This document shows, piece by piece, positions 12,780 through 23,973 of a stretch of 64,000 nt of DNA. Source of the DNA: Vitrella brassicaformis CCMP3155 (taxonomy: Eukaryota > Protista > Chromerida). Position 1 is the stretch's first letter, and each line of letters opens with the position of its first letter. The notes under the pieces were generated by a model. That model worked only from the letters and a program-made list of their open reading frames with translations. It was not told the origin of the DNA and ran no database searches. The position numbers and the translations under genes were made by a program. Where the stretch lies: the NCBI GenBank assembly GCA_001179505.1, contig CDMY01000488.1:1-64000 (forward strand), written 5' to 3'.

Positions 12780-15755
12780 TGATTAGCACGGCAATGACAG
12801 ATCCTGACCATCTGCAGCAAGATCCAAATCAGCTGTGGTCTACCGCGGCCCTTGACGATGGTTCGTTGGTTGGATGAGTCAAGCTGACTTGGTGCCTGCA
12901 CGCGGTGCTCCGGCTTCCCCCTTTGCAGCCCCATATGCTCCCTCTCTCCCGCCGCCAGCACCAGCATCGGGCATTCATCGTGGCGGCGCAGCTGATGGGG
13001 CGGCCATTGTTGATCAGCAGCAGCCCTTCTCTCTGGGTCCTTTCCAAGGCGGCATGATGGGCCACTATGGGCAGTCATCGCCACCCACACCCAGCTGTCC
13101 TCCGCTATCGGTGTCGGCCACGCGAGTAGGTGTGAGCGGCCCTGTTGGGGTAGGCCTTCCTGCATCCCACATCCCCTTGCGGCCTCCCAGCCTCCCGGCC
13201 CTTTGTTTGTTACCCTGCTGGCGTCCGTGGCTATGGCGTCGCACCACAGCACCCATCGATGCCGCTGACGACCAGCGCCACCGCACACCGACGGGCGATG
13301 AACGTGGTAGTGTCGCCTTGGCCTTCACCTGGCGGCGGGATAGCAGGCTACCGCCCGACTGCCATCGTCAGTCGCCGCGCAACCGGCTCCATGCGGCCGA
13401 TATCGGAGCATCAAAGCGGTGTCAAAGGCGTCAGCTTCAACAAGTGCAAAAACTCATGGACGGCCACCTGGCGTGAAAGCGGCGTCAATAGGGCAAAGAA
13501 GTTCTCGGTGACGAGGCATGGCTATGAGGGCGCCAAGACAGCCGCCATCGCACATAGGCGGGAGATGGAGCGATTGCACTACTACGACAAGCAGCGTGGC
13601 AGGCTTTTGCCGATCCCTCCTGCCGAGCCCCATCGTCAGGCCGCTGTGGATGACCACAGCGGCCCCCAGGAGGAGACCGACACAAGAGACGGCGGCGCGG
13701 GCCCTCATGAGACCAGGGCTGGTGGGCAGCCAGCCGGCGAGTCGGCCGCTGACATGGATAGCAGCAGCAGGGTGGAGGACATCATCCTGACGAAGCTGCT
13801 GGAGGGCGTGCGTGCGACTGATCCTCAGAGTGGCGGTCGGTATGAGATCGCCACAGTGACGGTGGCCGGCCGGCAGACAAAGGCAATCCGGTGGCGGCCG
13901 ACGGGTTAGAGGAGAGAACATAGGGCAAGGAAGGGCAAGATTGATCTGCCTGTGTGTCTGCTGATCAGATGTCTGTGTAGCGTCTGACCGGCGTGATGTC
14001 CACGACCAAGGTAATGGACACCCAGCTGGCTCAGCCAGGATGCGCCACTTCACCCATCGTCTCGGCTGTCCGCCTGTGTGCCATTCAGGATTGGCTGATC
14101 CTCCGAAGCGCCATCTGCCAAGCAGCCCCCCTGTCAGCCCCTGCAGTGGCCGAGACCCATCGCCGGACGGCAGCCGCTCTCCGAAGAGGCGGCGGACAGA
14201 GCCACTACAGCACGACTCGCATCATGAAGGACGACAATTGGGCGAGACGACCAAGACGGTCGTCACCAGACGTGGTCCGACGCACACCTCCGACGTACCA
14301 GGGGTCTGTTGGCATGCAGTGAGCCGATCGTGGTCAGCCTCATGGGTCGAGAAGGGCGACAAGAGGCAGAGACAGCGATTGTTCAGCGCTCGTAGCTATG
14401 GATTCGACAAGGCCAAGGCGCGCATGACGCCGCCTATCACCACTAACGCCCCAAAAGAACTCTGGGTGTGTCGTTCGTGTGTGTGTGTGTGTGTGTTGTC
14501 CACTCAGGCGTTGGCCGAGCAGCACCGCCGCGAAATGGAAGACCACACCAAGGGCACTGTCATCACCAAATCCGGTGAGGAACACAAGAAAGGAATTCAA
14601 ACACCATGACCTTCGTGTGGTCCCGCCAATTGCAGACCACCAGTCGGATGTGACGGGGGTAAATTGGCATGAGGATAAGCAGGCCTGGAGGGCAACATGG
14701 TACGAGAAGGGCGACCCGAAGCGGAAATGGAAGCTCTTCTCCGTCAGAGACCATGGTTTCGACAGGGCCAAGGTGCGCACAACGTTGCCCATTCCCTCTG
14801 TCTCTCTCTGAGTGTCTCACATGTGTGCCTCCGTCCGTCAGGCGTTGGCCGAGGAGCATCGTCACGAGATGGAGCTCACCGGACGGGCGGCGGTCAAGAA
14901 GAGATTAGAGCAGCAGAGCGGCGTCAAGGGGGTCAGCTACCACAAGAAGCGGATTGCTTGGGTGGCGACATGGCAGGAGGGCGGCAAGCAGAAGTTCAAA
15001 TCGTTCTCTGTGCGTGAGTTGGGTATGGAGGGCGCTAAGAAGGCCGCCATAGCACACAGGCGGGAGATGGAGAGACAGCATTACACATTCAAAGACAGGG
15101 GACAGGCCGGTAGGCGAGACAAGGCTGGCGTCCACCGTGATCCATCCTTATGACTGTCTCTCTGTCTGTCTGGGTGTGTGTATGTCACTGTTGCCGTCAG
15201 CAGGTCTCTCTTCGCCGCGTGACGACCAAGCGACTTCACCATCCCGCAATGCTCTAGCTGAGTCATCCACAGTATCGCCAGCCGACCTCAGTTTCCCTTT
15301 TTGCGCTGTGTTGATGGCGAAGGCCGTGACGGCTCCCCAGACCACCGGCCCCCTCCCCAGCACCAGCACGACTCAGACGGCTGCAGCCTCGCCGCTGATT
15401 GACACATTTGGCCTGGGGCACTGACTGACCGGTGTGGCCACTGAGGGATGGATGGATGGATGGAGGGAGGGAGGGGGACATTCATGCGATGACATGCGGC
15501 CGCAGCCAGGTGAGCACGACAAAGCGCACGATAGATACCCTCACAACAGTAGTGATGTGTGTGTGTGTGTCAGGATTGATCTTTACTGCGACGAGTTGGC
15601 GACACACGGCTTCTGTGGCGAGGGTTTATTCCTACTCGAGACTTGACGAGAGCGACAGCACAGCTCCCAAGGCGATCATGGTCCCTTTATGAGAGTGTTG
15701 GCCACTGGGCCTGTTCGCTGTGTGGTCGCGACGACGACACACAGACGACCAGCCG
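12780..15755. repeat. Direct segmental duplication, first copy of about 23880-26505
   Basis: Colinear near-identity covers upstream non-coding sequence, introns and 3' flank, apart from an extra AP2 module of about 340 bp in this copy. Confidence 0.9.
12874..15424 (+). CDS. ApiAP2 transcription factor with 4 AP2 domains
   Basis: AP2 motifs at about 13400-13580, 14280-14540, 14636-14870 and 14910-15080, for example EHQSGVKGVSFNKCKNSWTATWRESGVNRAKKFSVTRHGYEGAKTAAIAHRR. Direct paralogue of 23974-26171. The start could be 13036. Confidence 0.85.
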
Positions 15756-16316
15756 CCCCAGCCGACAAGAAGGCAGCAGGCAGGCCAGGAAGGGGAGAGC
15801 CAATGGGTCGGCGAGGGGCTGGATATGCTGAATCTGGTGTGAAGGAGTCCTGATTAATGGTCACTTGTTTGTTGAGACATTGCGAGGGCAGGGCGACAAT
15901 GTCGATGCATGATGAGATCCTTGCGTTTGTGAAGACGTCTGTGTATGTGATCATGTGGTGTGTCTTCAAGCATTCTTGCAGTGTCGTTTGTCGCATTGAT
16001 GCTCACACCAGTTCAACTCTCGTTGCATGTCAGCATGCCTCGACAATGTCTTATAAACGACTGTTTGCTGGATGCCTGCAGCTGTGCGGCATGCACCGCT
16101 AGCCGGCGAAATACGTAAACGGTGCGTACACTTGACCGATCGGCATGGATTCATGAACTCATGAGCACCCGACCGTGTTGTCTCCATCGACCATGCAGTC
16201 AGTGAGTCGAGTGGATCGGCAGAACGGCGCATGAGGCACCCCACCGCACAGCCCAACCCCCCCACCATCCCCCCCAACCCCCAAACCCCTGGCTATTTGC
16301 AATGGCGGTGTCTCAC

Positions 16317-19300
16317 TCATGAGCCTTTCGTCGCTGCCTTATCTTTGAATGTGTAGTGCCTCTCCTCCATCGCACGGTGGTGGGCTATCGCCGCCTGCTT
16401 GGCGCCCTCATACCCCAGCTGACGCACAGAGAACAGCTGAACCTTCTGCTTGCCGTCCACCTGCCAGCTGGCCATCCATGAGTTGCTGCCCTTGTGATAG
16501 CTGACGCCCCTGACGCCGCTCTGGTGCGCCGATCTCTTCCTGACCACCGCCCGTCCGGTGCGCTCCATTTCACGGCGATGCTCCTCGGCCAATGCCTGAC
16601 GGACGGAGGCACACACATGGGACACTCGCAGAGAGAGACAGAGGGAATGGGTGGCCTCCTGCGCACCTTGGCTCCGTCGAATCCATGGTCTTTGACGTAG
16701 AAGAGCTTTTGCTTCTGCTTCGGGTCGCCCTTCTCGTACCAGAACGCCATCCAACGCTGCTGTTTCTCATGCCACGCCACTCCCGTCACATCCGACTGGT
16801 GCTCTGAAATAATGGGACACACACACCTGATGGAGGCTCTGGTCGCCTTGAATTCGCTTCTTCTCACCTGATTTGGTGATGACGGTGGCCCTGGTGCTGG
16901 TGTTCTCGTCTGTGTCGGGGGCCCACTGGGGATTGGACGCATAGACGGGCGACGGCACATCACCGGCAGACACCAACGCACCATCCCTCAGATTGGCTGC
17001 CTTGGGCCTTTGCCGTGGTTCTGGAGATGATGAGCTGCTGCCGTCATTGTGGTCGTCACAGCTGTCAGACCGACGCGCCGCCCGAGCCACGCTCTTTCTC
17101 TGCCGGCCACCGCGGTCCTCTGTTGCGTCGCCTTCTCGACGCCCAGGGGGGCGGCCCGGGAGGCGGGGAAAGCTGGACCGGGGAAAGCGGGACGGGGGAG
17201 AGGGGTCGAGGAAAGGGTCGTGGCTGGGTCTCTTGGTGCGCTTGCGACGCTGCGGGGGTGGGCTGCAGCCGAATTGCCCCTCACGCATCCCGCCGTCCAT
17301 CTGCCCCACCCCCTGCTGTGCTCGCTGCAGCCACGACAGATCGATGGCCATCGCCCGGCCGCCCACATGCGACCTATGGAGCGCATTGCGGTACTCAACA
17401 GCATCACGGAAGGCCGTGAAGATGGCCTCAGGGGAGGCGCCGCAGCCGACAAGGAACTGACGCAGATCGACGGTCGTCGATGCGTCGTTGTCCCAAAAGT
17501 AGGCCTCGTAACTGTAGTTGTTCCGCCATGAGATGCCGATACTGACACACACACACAGAGACAGATGCCACTGTCAACATGAGAGCGTCCATCATGCCCT
17601 TGGTCATGCTCACCCGCCTCTGTCTGACGCGTGGAAGTCGCCCGGCTGCTCGTCCCTCATCCACCGCACCAGTGCGCGAGCCAGCGCATCGCCCGTCACT
17701 TCTCCCGCCACCTGATGGCCCGCTGGGCCGCACAGCCGCTTGGGAGGGGGGCTGCGGTCAGCCGAGGCCCCACGGCCGTTATGGCCGCCATGCCCATCGA
17801 CAGAGCTGCTTGGCGTGTGGTGCTCCTCTGGGTCGGTGCACTCTGAGTGAGTTGACACAGCCAGACAGCCGGAAGAAGGCGTGGGAGGGCTGTTGACTCA
17901 ATCTGGCGTCTAAGTGGTGTCTGGCTCACCATTATTGCGGTGCGCTGCCGTCGATGCGTCGTCGTGGGGGAGGGGGAGGGGAAGTGGCTCGCTCCTCTCT
18001 TCTGTTGAAGGCAGCGGCGCCGTCATGGCCTTGGCAGTCACGCCCCTACCCGACGGCACATCCACACCTATAACCACACACACACACACACTCACACACA
18101 CACAGATGGATGGCAGCCAGTGAACGGACGAGTGAGACGCACCTGTTGGCATCCACAGAATCGCTCTCGTCTTCTGGCCGGCCACCGTCACTGTGACGAT
18201 CTCATACCGACCGCCACTCTCAGGATCGCTCGCACGCACACCCTCCAACAATATGGCCAGCGCAGCCGCATCAGACGTCGCGTCAAGCCGAGTGATGGCA
18301 GCGGCCGACTCGCCAGCCGGCCGCCCATTGCTGTCGGTCGGTTGGGTGTCATCGGCAGTGCTGCTGTGATCCATCGTGCCGTTGCGTCGCCGCTTGCTGG
18401 TGCGGATCGGTGGACGACTGTCATCATCCAGCTCGAATGACGGGGGCGGGGGGGAGGTGGCCGGCCGATACTCGTAGTGTCGTTTCTCCATCTTCCGTCT
18501 GTGAGATATGGCGGCCCGCTTGCCGCCCTCATAGCCCAGATGCCTGATGGAGAAGCTTTTCTTCTTCTGTCTGCCGCTCTCCTGCCATGTGGCCGCCCAT
18601 GCGTTGTTGCCCTTGTGGTAGAAGACGCCCCTGACGCCGCTCTGGTACTTTGACCTCTTCCTCACCGCCGCCCGTCCGGCGGTCTCCAGCTCACGACGGT
18701 GCTGCTCGGCCAACGCCTGGCGGACGGACCACAGAGGAGAGACTCAATGAGAGAGGTGGAGGTGAGAGGGAATGGGCGGCGTCATTGGCACCTTGGCTCT
18801 GTCGTAGCCATGCTCGTTGACGCAGAAGAACCTTGTCTTGTATTTCTTCTTCTCCCACCACGATGCCCTCCAGGACTGCCGCGCGCTGCACCAACTAACT
18901 CCCGCCACGTCAGACTGATCCTCTGCAGTTGGTACCACACATAATCAATCGGGTTGCGTTGGATTCGCCTCTTGGTCTCCTTACCTGACTTGGTAATGAC
19001 GGTCTTCCCCTTGCTGCCGGCCTTGCTGTCTGAGTCGGCGGCCCACCGGGGGTTAGACATACAGCTGGGCGACCACACATCGCCGGCAGAGACCGACGCA
19101 CCATCCCTCAGGTTGCCTGCCTTGGGCCTCCGTCGTGAGTGTGGGGATGACGATCGAGGGTCAACGCCAGCCACACTCGACTTGTCCCCGCGCCTGTGAC
19201 GAACCTTGCCCAGTCCGGCCTCGGACGGTGCTGCTTCTGCAGATGGTGAATCGACACATAACAACCAGGTGGACAGTGTGTCCGTACCTGATGCGTGTGG

Positions 19301-19522
19301 GGTCTGGCCTTCCGTCATGGCTTCGTTCTGCACGGTCAGCTGCCCGGCGTCCAGATACGTCACCTCAGCCGATGTGCCCCTTTCGGTAGATGCCTGGCCT
19401 CGATCTGCTGCCGATGGTTGCTCAACGGTTGGCTGCTGCATGGCCGTTCGCCCTGATGACGGCTCAAGTGGCTGGCGCGTCGCTTCACAGGCTGGATGAG
19501 GGCTCCGCGCTCCTCCGAGCAT
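16317..19522 (-). CDS. ApiAP2 transcription factor with 5 AP2 domains
   Basis: AP2 motifs at about 18920-18700, 18650-18480, 17530-17380 (divergent), 16800-16570 and 16530-16360. Ends ...HYTFKDKAATKGS*. The start codon is uncertain (19570, 19522 or about 19442). Confidence 0.85.
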
Positions 19523-19726
19523 CAGCTGCCGAGTGACTGGCGCGCTGACCCGAGCGCAGCAATGCTGCAAGATCAGCTCGTGGAGTTTTGACGTGTGAAT
19601 CTGCGGTTTGGCTTCACAGTTGTATACACGGTACTCGCAAAGCCGTTACGCAAACGTCCAGCTCGCATGCGTGGCATTTTTCAAAGACTCCCGCTCGCTT
19701 CGGGGAACGTCGCATCGAATCAACTA

Positions 19727-21963
19727 ATGTCGGCCGCTACAGCAACAGCAGCAGCAGGAGCAGCAGCCGCAGCAGCAGCAGCAGCAGCAGGCGGTTCGAA
19801 GAAGCGGAAGATGAATGACGGTGATGCTGTTGACGCGGCAGGCCAGCCAGCTGATGACCACCACCCTCCCACCCCTCAGATCGGCCGCAAATCCTTTGAC
19901 CGGTCGCTGCACAAGGCCATCGCGGCCCTGCTTGCCATCAAGAACGCCGCCACGGCCGCCATCCAGCAGCTGCAGACCAAAGCCGAGGCCATCAAAGAGC
20001 TGATTGAGAGCACGGGCGGCAAGTTGGAGCTGACGGGCGGCATCGAGGGGGAGGTGGAGGTCAATGTGGGCGGCCGGGTGGTGGGTGTGTCGCGCAAGGG
20101 GCTGATGCTGGATCAGCTCCGCCGCACCTACTTCGCCCATCTGCTGCTGTACTGCGTGGACGCCCTGCCCCGCGATGAGGAGGGCCGGCCATTCCTCGAC
20201 GCAGATCCAAAGTATGTGGACTGGTGAGCGGAGGGAGGGGGAAGGGGAAGTTGGTCGTCTGTTCATCGTGTGTCTTCTCCTTTGTGTGTCAGGTTGTCTG
20301 ATGAGATCTCCATGGCTGAGTGTGCGGACGCCTCAGCTGAGGAGCACGAGATCAAGCTCGACGACACACAGAAGGAGGATCCCATATTCGCCTTCTACTA
20401 CCAGCTGTTCCTCACACACACGCCACTCGACATCGACACACAATCGCACGACGTCGACATGGACGACGGAGATAAGGAGGTGGCGGCGGAGGGGGGCGAT
20501 GAGGGTGGCAGCGGGACGGACAGCATGGGAGATCGTTTGCGTGAGTATGTGGAGGGCTACAAGGCGGCGGTGGTGGAGCTGGATGGGGCAGCGGGGCATC
20601 TGAAGGACTTCGGCAAGGCGATGGGGCCCTTCCTCCGAGCAGAGGACGGCACTGCCCACGAGGTGAAGACCGTGACCGTCCTGCGCAAGAGGGTGTCGGC
20701 CACCGAGGCGACGCTGTCGCAGTTCGGCCCCGCCAACCCCCTCTACAAGCGATTCAGGTCAGAGTTCGGCCGCCGCGCATAAGTGGAAACATGTCGTCTG
20801 TTTTGTGTCTGTGTTGTGCAGTGGTGAGATTGTTGGCGACGTACCCATCCGGCAGACCGCCGTCGAGCACTTGATGAAGGTGACACACAGCCACACAGAA
20901 GCACAAGGCAGGAAGAATCGTGTGTGGTGTTGTTTGTCGGTGGTCAGGTAGTGGATTTTGCACGAAGACTGCGGCTCGAGCATCGCCCCGGCAGTATCGT
21001 CAAGCACCCGATAGCCCGCAACATGACTCAGCTCAAGGTGAGTCCAGACAGACATGTATGTGTCGGCGTTGGCTTTCGTCATCGTCTGTGTGTGTGTGCA
21101 GAAGGATGTGGAGATGTATGGCCTCAAGATGGAGGACGTCTATCGGCCCCCGGCCCCACTGCTCAGATTCGAGGAGACGCGTGAGGTGCTGGCCATGACA
21201 GAGATACCCAACCCCTCAATCAAACTCCTCTACAGGTACGCAGAGACATCCAAATGAACTCTTTGCGACACCATCAACTCATCACCCTTTTCTCTTTGCT
21301 CTCTGTCAGTTCGACGCGTGACGGTGGTGACTTCGGCACGATGGTCGACAAGGTGGGCGACGCGAGCGGTCTGCTGTTCCTCGTCAACCACAACGAAACA
21401 CACCGATTTGGCGTTTTCGTCGACGGTCAACTCAAGCCGCCCGCCGGCTACAAGGTGCCCCACTTCTTCATTTCCATCAGCGGTGCGTACGCGAAGCCCA
21501 CCAAGATACCGATTCCCGAGGGCGACCAGAAGGTGAGGGTCGCCGGCCGTCTAGCATCCATCAAGGCACCCAATGTGGACAAGCGCGGCAAGGTGGGTGG
21601 AGGGCACACATAATTAGTGTCACTGCGATGAATGGCACTGAAGCAACTGACTGGCTGTCACATGTCATGTGTGCAGTTGTACTTGGGCCGTGGGTATCTG
21701 TGGCTCGCTTTCGGCAGCCCCGGCCCGGCAGATGACGTGCGCAGCATGTTTCAGTGGGTCAAGAAAGAGGACATGGCTGACGGCTACATCGGCCGACGCA
21801 ACGACAACGGCGACGGCACCCTGGCGGACAAATTCACATTCACCGCCAAGGAGATCGCAATCTATCACGTGAGTGCCAGGATGAGATGAGTGAGATGAGC
21901 GTCGAAGAGATGAATGAATCACTGGATGGATGTCTGTGTGATTTTCAGGTGAAGTCGGACTGA
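19727..21963 (+). CDS. BTB/POZ + TLDc domain protein (complete)
   Basis: [15 protein letters not shown] (NLS-like), BTB exon to 20224, a second BTB-like start (HEVKTVTVLRKRVSATEATL), and TLDc (STRDGGDFGTMVDKVGDASGLLFLVNHNETHRFGVFVDGQL...FTFTAKEIAIYH). The stop is at 21889, or at 21963 if the last GT-AG intron is spliced. Confidence 0.85.
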
Positions 21964-22248
21964 TGAGTGAGAGGAGGAGACAGTGCGACGACAGCAGCGG
22001 CAGCGGAAGACGCGGCCTTGTACAGTACACACACGACAGACCGATTCGTGTGCATTGCTTTGCACGGACAGACAGATGGGCTGATATTCATGTCTGCGTG
22101 TCTCAATTTTGATTTACAACCACCGCAGCCACACACCACCAAGTCTCTGCTCCACAGAACATGCAACACACACAACATGCAGCACCCAGCATCAAGCTGA
22201 CAGACCTGTCATAGACGGCAGCATGGATTATCTGCCCCGTGTATCCCT

Positions 22249-22462
22249 GTCGGCCGGCCACCAGGCCTTTAGCCGATCCACACACTCACACATACTCACA
22301 CTCACACACATACACCGCACCTACAGTACTTCACCAAAGATGCACGTTAAGAGCACCAAAGATGCACGTCGGCCGGCCACCATGCAGGCCCGTGGCCGAT
22401 CCACACACACACCCTCACACACATACACCGACCGCATCTACAGTACTTCACCAAAAATGCAC
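22249..22462. repeat. Imperfect direct repeat of about 95 bp, two copies
   Basis: GTCGGCCGGCCACC...GCCGATCCACACAC...CTACAGTACTTCACCAAA(G/A)ATGCAC at 22249-22345 and 22368-22462. Confidence 0.8.
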
Positions 22463-22523
22463 ACTGCGCACTCATGTACTACCACGACCCACAAGCAGCC
22501 AATCAACCCATCCCTCCCCCCTG

Positions 22524-23639
22524 CTACACATATGATTGCTCAGCAGAGGTCGCGGACGGACGGTGGCCACGAGATACAGCGGGTTTCGAGAAAAGTGACT
22601 GCACCAGACGGATTAGGACTACGAGCAAAGCGAATGCCATGGCCAGATAGAAAACCCAGATGGTCGCGTAGGAACTCGACACGGCCAACACATACAGAAA
22701 AGGCACTGCGACACAGCGCATGGTATCGCAGTACACAGTGCCCCAGGCCATGGCCAGTACAGTCGCATGCTCCCCCGATACGGCATACAATCCCAGACAC
22801 CGAGTGAACAGCACGAAAGGCAGCACCCACAGGGCCACAAAACCGATGGGGACGAGTATGTCCAGGTAATCTTCTTGGTGTTCGTAACTGTTCCAGACAA
22901 TCTCAGAGTGAAGTACGTCAAACCACGGCAGGAAATAAAGGAAACTGCTCAATAGAATCAGCTGGATGACGTGGGTCGTCAGCTGATAGCCCGCCTTGCT
23001 GTGGGGGAATCGCAGGGGTGCCAGCACAGACATCCTTTTGAAGAACGACCAGCAGCACAACACCAAGAGGACCAAACTCCCGATAGCGAGGCCGACAAGG
23101 AGGCCGATATCGGTCTCGTCCAGTGAGAAATACTGGTGGTAGTACCAGTGCGATATCGGTCCTCGATTGAGGTGTTGGGAGTAGAAAGCGAAGACCACCG
23201 GGGCCAAGAACAGCAGCTGGTGCGTCAAGATGAATGCGTACAAGTCAGTGCCCTCGACCTGAAGGCAGAAGCAAGACCAACAAGCACAGGATAGGATGAA
23301 CCATGTCGTGTATCCGTGTGCCGTGTTCCTCACCTTGGTCGGTGGCTTGCCCAGAAGAACCTTCAACCCAAAGAAGTCAAAAGGCATAACGGGAGGAGCG
23401 CACTCGGCGGCACCACCAGTGTGAGGCGCTTCCTCACTGTGCAGCCGAGGGGCCTCGGCGTCCACCACCCCAGACGGCATCGGGAAGGGGGTGCCAGACT
23501 GGCCAGCAAACTGAGGCTGTGGGGCGTGTGTGTGTTGCAGCTGTGACGACTCGTACGGCGGAGGGGCCTGCTGATGGAGCTGAGGGTAGAATCCCGCCAC
23601 GCGTCTTGGGTCTCCCGATGGCGTGTTCAGATCTGCCAT
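22524..23639 (-). CDS. Multi-pass membrane protein (about 6-7 TM) with Pro/Gln-rich N-terminus
   Basis: 371-aa ORF containing one in-frame intron (aag|gtgagg...ttcag|gtc). Several hydrophobic helices and an N-terminal PPPY. Confidence 0.7.
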   Translation of the reverse strand: MADLNTPSGDPRRVAGFYPQLHQQAPPPYESSQLQHTHAPQPQFAGQSGTPFPMPSGVVDAEAPRLHSEEAPHTGGAAECAPPVMPFDFFGLKVLLGKPPTKVRNTAHGYTTWFILSCACWSCFCLQVEGTDLYAFILTHQLLFLAPVVFAFYSQHLNRGPISHWYYHQYFSLDETDIGLLVGLAIGSLVLLVLCCWSFFKRMSVLAPLRFPHSKAGYQLTTHVIQLILLSSFLYFLPWFDVLHSEIVWNSYEHQEDYLDILVPIGFVALWVLPFVLFTRCLGLYAVSGEHATVLAMAWGTVYCDTMRCVAVPFLYVLAVSSSYATIWVFYLAMAFALLVVLIRLVQSLFSKPAVSRGHRPSATSAEQSYV

Positions 23640-23973
23640 TCAGGCAACAGATCAAGTGCACTTGTGGGCAGACGACAGCCAGAAGGTCTGCAGTATTCTT
23701 GACTCAGATTCTTGAGTGTAGCTGAGAAGGCACTCGTGCGAAGCTGCAATAAGTGAGGAGGGCTGTTGGCCGGGTAGATCAGACAGGAGACAAGCCCCAT
23801 TGTGTCTTCTCTCGCCTCCACTCTTTTCTCGCCTCCACTCTTTTCGCACCAAAGCCGTCGAACGAGCGCTTCCGCCCTTTGACTAGCAGGGCAATTACAG
23901 ATCCTGACCATCTGCAGCAAGATCCAGATGAACTGCGGTCTACCGCGGCCCTCGACGATGGTTCGTTGGTAGG

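Noticed and set aside
13200-13215. 4-nt TTGT duplication that frameshifts the 12874 AP2 ORF relative to its paralogue
   Set aside because: It may fall inside an unannotated intron (possible donor near 13130, acceptor CACAG near 13249), so pseudogene status cannot be claimed without RNA data.
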